Positions 1-12,100 of a stretch of DNA of 64,000 bases are shown one piece after another. The position numbers were made by a program, and so were the translations under genes. Source of the stretch: Phoronis australis. Its lineage: Eukaryota > Animalia > Phoronida. Each line of letters starts with the position of its first letter. Within the stretch, counting starts at the first letter, position 1. A model generated the notes under the pieces. The model had not been told where the DNA came from. It was given only the letters and a program-made list of their open reading frames with translations, and made no database searches. The DNA is taken from assembly GCA_002633005.1 (NCBI GenBank), contig NMRA01000373.1, positions 186,001 to 250,000 of the forward strand. Reading direction: 5' to 3'.

Positions 1-147
1 TGGGGATGATTTCCAGTTGGCTTTCTTTTGAGTTCACCACTTGTTTGTTTCCGCTGACATCATACATTTCTGTCTTGTATTCCATACTGTAAGTCTTGCC
101 AGTCGTGAGTATCGAAACTTTCAAGGGTTCTCCCAATTCGACAATTT
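1..147 (-). CDS. PKD/Ig-like beta-sandwich exon, truncated by window edge (EIVELGEPLKVSILTTGKTYSMEYKTEMYDVSGNKQVVNSKESQLEIIP)
   Basis: gttttag acceptor in phase 1, open to base 1; the join gives ISVILPEIVELGEPLKVSI, like the first strands of PKD-type domains. Confidence 0.55.
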
Positions 148-3100
148 CTAAAACGACAGACGCATATTTCTACAGCTAAACTTCCCAAATAACTCGCCCT
201 TTTACTAGTATTTCTCCTACGCGCCATTTCTATAAAAACGATCAAGTATTTCTTCATGGTTTAATGCCTTATGTACATTCAGGGGATACTTACCCTAATT
301 AAATTAAGACTAAACATTTCAAAGCGACATTTCATTAGTTCATTCATTGGCGCATTTATCGTAATATGAACGCTATGGCTAGTTGTATGTCGTAGAAAAA
401 TCCAGTTTAACTTTAATGATAAAGCTTTCCTTCAACGCAGTTTTGCTCTTTTAGACGTACTGAGCTATTCAAATAGCAATTGCAATGTTTAAACAATATA
501 AGACGACTTGATTTAATCACGTCAAATAATACGTGAAGTAACCTTTACACGCCACATTGCGTCACTGAGAGAGCTCAGAACAAACAACGAAAAGCCACTA
601 ACCAAGTATCTGAACTTAAGTTCAAATTCCCAAGCCGTTAGTAGCATTGACTAGAACTCCAGAGTTGATACCTGTGTTATCCAGTTAATGTCAGGTTTCT
701 CGAGGTGTCGTCACGTTCTTTGAAAGCCTCACCAAGTTTGGCGATTGATGGTTTCAACGTTGTCAGAGTGGCAATTTTTAACATAGTGTAGGTACTTAAC
801 CTACACACATAACCGTTCAACACAACCTTAAGGGTACATAAAGGCATTATTTTGCTCAGAATGACAGCCTGTGAGAATGCTCCGTCAGCATTTATTTATA
901 GGGGTTAAAAATCAAACAAATTTGTTTTGGAGCTCAGTACCTGGCAAGATAACAGAAATTTTAGTCACTCTTGGAGGAGTCTTCTCCACTGTAAAATTTC
1001 TCCACCGTGTGGTTTGCTCGAGGCATTTTTTTAAGTTGATACCCTTGCCTGGCGGAAAACACAGACAATTCGTCTCCCACATTCCATTAAACCTACAAAG
1101 AAAACCAAGATTTTTCATGCAGTAGTGTAGGCTCATTATACATCACTAGCTAGCTACATTTCGACAGTGCTAATTTTTTACTTTGTTGATAGAATGTTTA
1201 AAAACATTTTGTCAGTGAGGCCGGCGTTAAGATCCACGACAGATCTAAAGGAGTCGCGCTCAGGCTAATTTGAACCATAGAAACTCTAGCCGAGAAAAAG
1301 CATGCTGATATTGACCAATCTGTTGCTTTCAACGGCACATTTATCGAACTGTGGGCACTTTTCAGTACAGTTGCATTTCAATTAAGCTATCGCTATTATA
1401 AACTCAAACATGAATTTCATAAGATAAAGCAAAGTGGAATTGCCTGGCATCTTTTGTAAATCACTTCACTTAATTTTCCTTAAGCATCATAATTTATCCC
1501 ACGCGCGTTGAATCTGTCGAGGGAAATACGGCCATGTAATAAAGTTTTCCGTATTCACCTCTCGCACTACTTCAACAGCGACTTCTGACATGGAAAGTTC
1601 AAAAGGTAGGTCAACTTATGTCGACTCGATGTCTTCAGCCGGTTCGATCATCAAACTTTCCGAATATTCGGTCTTGGTCGATACGTGGAATAAGGTCTCG
1701 TGCGATATTACTTCATGTACGCCACTCTCGGTACGTTTTGTGTATATATAACGCCCCACTTGTAAGAGGCAAGCACAAAAATACGACATATATAATGCAA
1801 TTTTTCTACGAAAGTTTTTGTTATCGGTTTGAAGAATATGTCTAGGCTCATGCACTTTAGGGCCAAAATGTCACCATTTAAACACAGAAATTATTAATAT
1901 GTGGGGGAACATCTGTAACAGGCAAGAACAAACGTGAGGCACGTATAATGCATTATTGCTATAAAAGATTCTTGGTACAATGTTTCCCAAGTCATTAGTA
2001 GCTTCTGCGTTTAATGGGTGACAATTCTAGCGATTTAGCCAATCATGCAGACTTATGGTGCAATGGATATGGGGGAACATAGGGCGTTAGCCATTGGACG
2101 GGGAGGGCCGGGGGAATGTCGGGACTGGGGAACATAATGGTTCGGAAGTCGACATGGGGGAACACAAGGACTGGGGAACAGAGGGCCGGCCCCGTACAAC
2201 GTTTTAGAGATTATAGACCTAATGTGCACTATTTCAGTAAAGTGTGTTCTTTCAGTTGGAATGAAGCCCGTTTTATACTTCCAGGTAAAAATAAATCTCG
2301 ACAATCAATGGCATAGAGTCACATTTTTTGTTCTTTGCTGCGTTTGTAAAAGCTGTAACATACAGATACTGAGAGTGACAGAGCTGAACTATGGATTTAC
2401 TACATTACATTTAAACCCAGCACCATGATACGAATGTCTATCCCTCAACACACGCAGCCGATTTCGTACTAAGGGTTTAATTAAAACAGGCCGTCCTAAA
2501 CCTGGTATAATTTTAGACCTAACTTAACTTTCACCAAAATGCTTTAGAAGTCTGAAAGCCTGGTTTTCTTAGACCAGGGAGAGGGATCAGTAAAACCAGG
2601 CTTACAGTAACCAAGGCACCATATTGTGTCGGTCTGGATTAACCCAACAAAGAAACAATTGAAGAACTTCAATGGAACTGTGATCAGTATCAATGACAGC
2701 ACAAAGTTGCAGGTGAAATCGGTGCAGACAATAATAAAAATGATAATGATAATGATAATAATAAACCAGGCTCGGAGAGACATTGGGTCCAGACGCGCTG
2801 CACAGTTCCCGCAATCAGAAAAACGAAACGATAAACAGTTAAAGGACTTTTGGAAACGAGCAAAAATGAAGACCAAAAAGGAATTTCCAAAAAATGAGAA
2901 ATGGTGCAAAGAAAACGGGTGGAGGACCAAAGGATGTAGAACTCAAGTCAGGAAAATCAGGCGGTGTTAAATTTATTCAGAGACGATGGCGTCGTCAGTC
3001 CCGCCCGAAACACTTACGACGATGACGTATTTTAGAGAGTCTGAAGGACACCTTGCAACAGGTATGAATCAACATTTGATTGTGGTGTTCAGAGGCGGAT

Positions 3101-6100
3101 TTACGTTTTCAGTAAATGGGGGTTCAGGATTCGCGCTTCGTGCGAATTCGAAGCGCATAGCGCCGAGACGGGGGAGGGGCTACCCCCTCCCGTGTAAGAG
3201 ATTCTTTTGTTCTTTTTGCAGCCAAATAGAGCAATATCCATGCATCCTTGCGAGTTTGTGGCAGTTATCGTGTCTGGAGTTTCATATGTCTTAAGATGAT
3301 TTAAAACCCTTCTCGATTTCGTGTCATAAGTTCAGTACAAATATTTGTGCATATCTGGTTATGTCACGCCACCAGCAAAATTTTTTTGGAACATCTGTCT
3401 GCACATACCGAATTTTAGCATAAGAAAAGTCGTATACGAAAAAGTGCAGTGTGTATACTGGGGTTCAGACAACTACCAAATTTTCACTAGATCAGCATAA
3501 GGAGCACCGACGGCAACTTGAAAACCAACACTTGAATATTGGATGATCACGTGACAGCAGCCTCAGCTGTTTAAGAACAAAGACTGGCACTTTTATGCCT
3601 GGAAATAAACAAATTACAAAAAAATGACAATAAAAACTTTTAAGTAATATTTAAAAATATCACTTTATTAAGCTGAAACACGTTGGCTGTTGGGCTACCG
3701 TATTTCGCAACAATGTATTCGGAAACAAATCACCTGAAAACATTTTCACTGAACCAAAACATACTGTACACTNTGGATATGGGGGAACATAGGGCGTTGG
3801 CCATCGGACGGGGAAGGCCGGGGGAATGTCGGGACTGGGGAACATAATGGTTCGGAAGTCGAGATGGGGGAACACAAGGACTGGGGAACAGAGGGCCGGC
3901 CCCGTACAACGTTTTAGAGATTATAGACCTAATGTGCACTATTTCAGTAAAGTGTGTTCTCTCAGTTGGAATGAAGCCCTTTTTATACTTCCAGGTAAAA
4001 ATAAATCAAGACAATCAATGACATAGAGTCACATTTTTTGTTCTTTGCTGCGTTTGTAAAAGCTGTAACATACAGATATTGAGAGTGACAGAGCTAAACT
4101 ATGGATTAACTAAATTACATTTAAATCCAGCACCATGATACGAATGTCTATCCCTCAACACACGCAGCCGATTTCATACTAAGGGTTTAATTAAAATAGG
4201 TCGTCCTAAACCTGGTATAATTTTAGACCTAACTTAACTTTCACCAAAATGCTTTAGAAGTCTGAAAGCCTGGTTTTCTTAGACCAGGGAGAGGGATCAG
4301 TAAAACCAGGCTTACAGTAACCAAGGCACCATATTGTGTCGGTCTGGATTAACCCAACAAAGAAACAATTGAAGAGCTTCAATGGAACTGTGATCATGTG
4401 GGTATCAATGACAGCACACAGTTGCAGGTGAAATCGGTGCAGACAATAATAAAAATGATAATGATAATGATAATAATAAACCAGGCTCGGAGAGACATTG
4501 GGTCCAGACGTGCTGCACAGTTCCCGCAATCAGAAAAACGAAACGATAAACAGTTAAAGGACTTTTGGAAACGAGCAAAAATGAAGACCAAAAAGGAATT
4601 TCCAACACTGAGAAATGCCGCAAAGAAAACCGGTGGAGGACCAAAGGATGTAGAACTCCAGTCAGGAAAATCAGGCGGTGTTAAATTTATTCAGAGACGA
4701 TGGCGTCGTCAGTCCCGCCCGAAACACTTATGACGAAGGACACCTTGCAACAGGTATGGATCAACATTTGATTGTGGTGTTCAGAGGCGGATTTACGTTT
4801 TCAGTAAATGGGGGTTCAGGATTTGCGCTTCGTGCGAATTCGAAGCGTATAGCGCCGAGACGGGGGAGGGGCTACCCCTCCCGTGTAAGAGATTCTTTTG
4901 TTTTTTTTTGCAGCTAAATAGAGCAATATCCATGCATCTTGGCGAGTTTGTGGCAGCTATCGTGTCTGGAGTTTCATATGTCTTAAGATGATTTAAAACC
5001 CTTCTCGATATCGTGTCATAAGTTCCGTACAAATATTTTTGCATATCTGGTTATGTCACGCCACCAGCAAAATTTTTTTTGGAACATCTGTCTGCACATA
5101 CCGAATTTTAGCATAAGAAAAGTCGTATACGAAAAAGTGCAGTGTGTATACTGGGGTTCAGACAACTACCAAATTTTCACTAGATCAGCATAAGGAGCAC
5201 CGACGGCAACTTGAAAACCAACACTTGAATATTGGATGATCACGTGACAGCAGCCTCAGCTGTTTAAGAACACTTTTATGCCTGGAAATAAACAAATTAC
5301 AAAAAAATGACAATAAACACTTTTAAGTGATATTTAAAAATACCACTTTATTAAGCTGAAACACGTTGGCTGTTGGGCTACCGTATTTCGCAACAATGTA
5401 TTCGGAAACAAGTCACCTGAAAACATTTTCACTGAACCAAAACATACTGTACACTGTGGTGAAAAGATAACCAAGACCAGTACGCCGAGGGACCAGATGT
5501 AGACTGAGAGTCAACATCTACACAAATAAGCTGGCCTGGTCCGTCGCGAGACAAAAAATACACTATGCTAAATATATCTACAAAAATAGTCGATCTGTTG
5601 CGGGACCAAAAGTACTGAGTGAGGTAAATAAGTTTACAAAGCACACCGTGGTAAAGAGATCTGCAAATTATCGAATCTGTCGCGGAGCCAAATTACAAAA
5701 GTAGACCGGAAGAACAATTCAAAAAGTACAGCACCCGGTCCGCACGACTCCGGTGACCACGCCAAACACTTTGGCAATATATATGATAATGAGCTGTTCC
5801 CATAAACACTGGAAGACAAAATCAAGTGACCACTAGCTTGAAAACTGTTCCCTTGACACTTTTTGATCCCCAGTGCTTGCTCATACATGGATTTTATGCT
5901 TCTTGACGTTACTCATTGACAAAACTTGGCGCAGATACAGGATGGCGAGGATTTCCGCAGATCAGCTCGTGGGCGTGTACATGTACTTCAAATAAACACC
6001 CGGGATTTTATATGGAAAGGGGGGGGGGGGCGTGTCAACGGGAAGCTGCTATGAAAATATTATTTTTTTTGCATAAAACTGTGTTTCATATTTTCAAGCT

Positions 6101-9100
6101 AAAAATACCAAAATAGCCAAGACTGCATTATTTGTTAACAAATGATATGTGTCCTACAAAACTAAATTTGTGACTACAAGCTAACACCGAATGGCCTTTC
6201 AAGATGAAATTTTCCGAATAAACGTCCCAATGTCTGAACACTTGAAACCCAAAGATGAACACCAAATAAACGCCCATAGACATGGGCATTTCATTGGGTG
6301 GGGGGTAGGCCTTTCTGCGGCAGTGATGCTTATAGTGGGTAAGAAAACGGTCAGTGTTTAGGTTGGAACAAGAACTCCTTTTGCGGGGCTGAAACCCATA
6401 TTTAGGAGGCCTACTGACCACCACACGAGTACCGTAAGACTTTTTGAGAAAGTACAGTCTACCCGCATTATCTGTTGTAAACTGCTCACGAATTCGGTCA
6501 TCTTGTCAATGAAAGTGTCCCCTATACAATGTAGTTCATTTCTTGTATAAGCTGAAATTGCTAGGGTGTATTATGAAATAGACTCCGCGACCAAACCACA
6601 ACGCCAGTCACAACGGCTCTTACAGGGGCAAAACGAGTTGTTTGTTTTTTAAGATAAACACATTACATGTACACCGTATGTTTATTGCTCAAGTCAACTC
6701 TATTATACATCAATCAAATTCAAATTGCAAACTTGTGGAGTTTAATAGCAGTCTGTGTTGTCGTAAAACTGAAAACAGTACTCTCGCTCTAAAATTGCGT
6801 CGGCAACCGTGACGAAGCGACGTCTTTCAGCTGCACGGTTGAACACAAGTATATCGCGCATGTCTGAGTCAGCCATCTTCAACCAAGGAGTGTACATATA
6901 CGACACTCCTTGCCTCAACAGCTTACGTTAAACGTAGGTCTGACCAGGTCTAAAGTTAAACCTGGTTTAGGTCTTAGTACTGGTCCAAAAAACTTCCACG
7001 CAAGTGAAGTGAAAAGCGGTTTATACCAGATTTAAACTGGAGTTGAATTTTACTAGACCACTGGTCTAAAAGTTAAACCCCCCTTATGAAATGCAGATTA
7101 TCTTTAAACCTGGTCTACGCCTACTTTAAATCGTGTTCAACTTTAAACCACCTTTTTGAAATCGGCTGACCGGACAATATCTAATTAAAGAGCTGGTTAA
7201 TTTGATTGTCTCCTACTTCAAGTTTCAATTGGTAACAGCTTGTTAAGTACCTTGAAAGCTCTGTTTTTCCCTAGAAAATAGCAAATCCAAAAATCTTCAT
7301 TCTATTTCGTTTTGGTGTACTTGTGCCTGTTTGGCTGCAGAGAGTGACAGCGTCAGGGTGGACAATAAGATTCTCCCTTGCAAGTTGTGTGTTCTGCTAT
7401 GCAGAAATTCAACCAAAGTACATGTAACAGTCCTGGCAAGACTTCGCTTGGTGTCTGGACTGGGCCAGTTTCAATTCCATCGCTCTTGTTAAGATTCGAG
7501 GGACTCAACTTGAACTGATCAACAGTAATGCATCAGGTTGCAAGCTATTAGCATCGTCTCCAACATTTCGAGTCTATACCCATAAACAGAACACGTGATT
7601 GTGAGAAGTTAATCAGACGTAACTGAGTTTTATCCAGAATTCGAAGTCCAACATTGATTTGTTTCAGACATTTCTAGATTTAAATCAATGGCAGTGTTTT
7701 GCATGACGTAAGCAAATCTGTTCGGATAGTAGTCGTAATCGAAGTGCCTGAATTTTTTTTATTTGCACGTAAAAGCACAAATCATGAGTCAAAAATAATG
7801 TAAATAAAACCGAACCATGAAGGAGCATATTACTTACGAACGACAATTTTCAGTTTTACGGTAAAATTTGATTTAGAGTCTGCTTCTAAGTTCATAGAGC
7901 ATAAGGCTTTTAACTATATTTATTCTTTTCAGGGTTGTGTGATATAAGTTTGAAAGACACATCCTTCAATAGTTGACATGTAAGAGAATACAAATAAAAT
8001 CGAAATTAATTTCCTATCGGCCATCGCAGTATTGACTCGCAATCTCCTTGTTTGTTCCGCCACTTTCAATCGATCAAAAAGAGAATTGGCGAACAAACCT
8101 CCAACATTACAAGTGGCTAGGAGAGTTATAAGTGTTTTTTTACTGTTTTTATTGGATTAGAATACGTAATTATTATGAAGGGCAATGTTAACTGATCGTG
8201 AATAGGTATGGATTTTACAGTGTAATTGTCGTGCATGTAATTTTTATTAATAACAAACAATATCACGAAATAAAATGTCTATTTCCCTCATTTTTTTCTT
8301 GTTGGCAGTAACGTATACACTTTGGATTCGAGACGACCCGTTGCGTTTTTGAGAATGAACAAGTGAAACTGTGAAACCGTGGGAAACGGAGAGCTCGGTT
8401 GCAACTGCCTTTAACCAAAAGGTGTTTTTAGGAGACAGACATACAGCTGTACAGTGCTGTAGTAGTAAAATAAGAGGTAAGTAGGCGCCCAAAGCCCACC
8501 GTATCACCTTGAGCACTGAACGTAACTTACGGTGCGTAGGCCCTACGCTCAAATGCCAAAAGGTGGTTGGCTGCGCCTACGTGCGCCTACTCAATACTAC
8601 AGCACTGCACAGTATTAATAATATCGCTGTCATCATTTAACATTCAGGGGAATCCTCGTATTATTTTGTCGCTACTTCAAATGCCTACTGTATAACTTGA
8701 AATAAAGCAAAACACAGCATCAACCAAAACACGTTTGCGGTGAACCTGCGGAAGGGCTGTCGTAAGAGTTTTAAGAGTTGACAAAATTCCCGAAAGGTTG
8801 TCACGTACATCAAACTCAAGCCCGTTTTGACAACATGATGAATTGGATGAGGACGGGAAGAAATTTTCAATTTTAACCCCAAATGCCTCGAATGTATTGG
8901 TTTCTTACTCAGAATGTACGTTTTCTAAGTCGCAGAGGGAACAACTTGCATTGGTGTGACGGAACCCTTATTGGTGTGACGGAACCCTTATTGGTGTGAC
9001 GGAGCCCGTATATCTGCAAGACGTCGCCAAAATTGTGTACTAGAAGTACCCACCCTTCTCCGTATCCGATGGCGGAGCATTTCGAGAGACAACTTTCTGG

Positions 9101-12100
9101 TGTTACAGTCGAAGAATCCTGCTCATTCGCGAATACCGCTGAACTTATTGCCGACAAGGGATCCTCCAAGCACGACGCTGTAAAAACAGAGTGATCAGTC
9201 AGTATTTTTACATCATCAAAAACGCGTGTGGGTGAACATGTCAGTTGTATCTGTTTTACAACACTACGATCATTTGAGTCCTGTTAATTATTGTCTTTTA
9301 GGAAAATGAAAATACACCCCTCCTAATTATTTAGTGAAGTAAAGGGTTGAAGCCAGTCCAACATAACCAAAGGGGGAGGGTGCTGAAGGTCAAAGAACCA
9401 GCGGTACAAATCCAAACACGCCTTGAAAATGCTCCATGCAACGGTGAAGAAACTCTAATTCTCCTTGAGCCACCAATGGTAAAACACGTGCGTGATTCTT
9501 TAATAGCAATCAGATGGAAGAATTGCTGTTTAGATGCTAATTTTGATTTGAGAGCAAAAGTTATCTATTCAGTGTATGATACGGAGATTATCAATCCCCT
9601 TATTAATTTTTACTCAGTGCAAAAATTAAGCTCCATCTTTCAGGAAAAGGATTGCTAATCTCCGGCCTATACTAAATAAGGTACGATCTTAGTGCAGAGC
9701 CCGGAATACAATTTCAAATAATGTTGATGATTTCTCCAATCAACACGGCAAAGAATGTCTGTTTCATAAATCGATGCTCGCTGTTGAGAACACCTATTTT
9801 AAATACGGTACATGTTTACTAATGTCCTTCCGTTGCCTAGTAGCGTCTAGATTCCATTCCACATGTTATTCTCATGATAAGTACCTATACTGAACTCCGT
9901 GGATTTTGTAATCGGGCGCGTTTATCTGGGCACGATGGAGAGTAATACTCCATCTTGTGAGTCGTGTCTGATGCGAAGGAAGTCTCGAACTATCAACATT
10001 CTGGAATTTCTGTAAACTAAAGTTTTTTGCCAAAATATTCTGAATCCGTTTACGGATCTTTAAAATAAAACGTTATCCAAATTATCTAGAAAGCGTATGG
10101 TCCACGCTGTCTGACCCGGAGGCAGGATTGTAAATCAAATTTTAGTAATTTATTGATATAGTATATCGGTTTGCTCAGTCTGTATTAGTGCATCGATGAA
10201 CTTTCTACATCGTACAGCGTCGGATTCAAATCTGACCCTTGGGAATAATGGGAGACCTCCGAAAAATTCTTTGGTTTTTCAATTAAATTACATATGCAGT
10301 TCAAGAATCCCCTACTTAAAGTGATATAATGTACGACAATGAAACAAGAATAAACTGCGCAAAGTTGAAGTTGAACAAAATTACGCGAATCTATTTCAGG
10401 CAACACTTCAAAAGTTGTTTGGAGCATTTTCATAAAAATACTTCTCAATTTGTGTATTTTTATTGCTTTTATTTTCACAACAGTCTGCAAGGTCAGTTAC
10501 CCTCGACTTTCTCCGTTTACTGGTATTTATCGTAGGTCTACCGAAACATCAACAACAGTGGGAAAAAGATGACACACGCGTGGACACCATATTGCGTCTC
10601 TTTCAACACATGCGCGCACCCAGGGGGGCTCGGGGGGCTCGAACGAACCCCCCATTCGACGAAGTGGGCAAAAAGGTCCGCCTCGGAGAAACAAAAAGTC
10701 CGAGAAAACGAGACAAAAGTCCACAGGAATTCGGTGAGAGTTGCACAATTCACCGGTTTGAGCCTAGTACCCCTTTTTATTTTTTTTAGTCCTCGATTTC
10801 CTTTTTCAGGAAAAGGTCCACATACCGCAAAATTCGAGCCCCCTATATTTTAGGCTGGGTGCGCGCATGCAACACACAAGTTTTGCAAAAAATGACAAAC
10901 ATTTGGTAGGGCCTGAATCAAAGATGCGGAAATGGTGTCCGGAGTAATACTACCACAGACGGGTTCCGTACACTCAAGACACTCGCAAAGCATTTTGAGC
11001 AAGAGATCTTCGCTTATGGAAGGGGAATAGTAAATTCTATCTCATAATTCAACATTCCCGGCAACCTCACCGACCAATCATTCCAGTGACCGCCATGCTG
11101 CTAGAACCCTATAGTAGTTCCTTTAAAGGGTACCGGCGGTAGATTATAAATTCTACTTCCGAGTCTGGCCTGGGTACCAGCAAAGTAAGCTACCGAGCAC
11201 ATACGCGAAACACTTGCCTTTTATTTCTGAGATTTTGTGTGGTTTCACGTGACCTTGCCTTTTCGCGAATTTTTCTCATCTACAGAACACGCCCATATAA
11301 AATCAAATTGTTTTGAAAAGCACTTAACAGTCAAATATTCGCGAGTTTTCTTGTCAGAGAACTGTGCAATGAACTACTGAAAGTCAACAAAGTTCAGAAT
11401 GTTATTTTCCATACACATGAATGAGAGCCAGTTTTAAACGTCGGTGTCCCAATGTGCAGGGAAAGTAATTTTTTCTCTTGCAAGTTTCAACCTGAACGCT
11501 CTCCTACACAGCTTGTTATCATCGGGCACAATAACACTCCGGAGTGAAATTTTAACCATTGCTAACATTTATTTTAAGTTGGCTGAAATTATTATTTCGA
11601 TGTAAAAGGGATTATCAAATTTTAATCGCAAGGACTATGTGGTACTTGAAATGCTCTCACAAAACAGGCCACTAAGATAAAAAATCTTCATGATACACGT
11701 GTTTGCACTTTTTGTTCAACACTTCAGAAGGAAAACAACATATCTGACCAATAAATGGACTTGTAGGGGTTTGTCAGTTAGGAAATTTATGACACAGTCC
11801 AAACAAGAAATCTTTTGCTTTCTACTTACAAAATTTAATGTCTATGACTTCAACTTAGTCTGGTCTCATGACCGAAAACGTTTGCCAGAAAGACATATTA
11901 AACATCTTTAGCGATACAAAATTGGCTCTGATTTTGATACACATTTTTCTGATATGGAGAATTGTGCGACACTGTTGTGATTGCAAGGCAGGGCTCTCAT
12001 CCTGCTTCCTGCAGGCGTGCCTCTTATTGTAGCACTGAGCTAAGTTTTCTCAATGGCAAATCCGGCGCAGAGCGTGTAAGTTTGTGTCACTACGCTTGTG

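Noticed and set aside
2544-2970. ORFs with poly-Ile or IMIMI tracts that look like membrane proteins
   Set aside because: They arise from an (ATA/ATG)n microsatellite inside the Harbinger remnant.
7330-7680. Ig-like fragment LLTITCSVYGY on the minus strand
   Set aside because: Surrounded by stops, with no phase-compatible splice pair found.
8951-9004. Short direct repeats resembling CRISPR
   Set aside because: No spacers, eukaryotic context, no cas genes.
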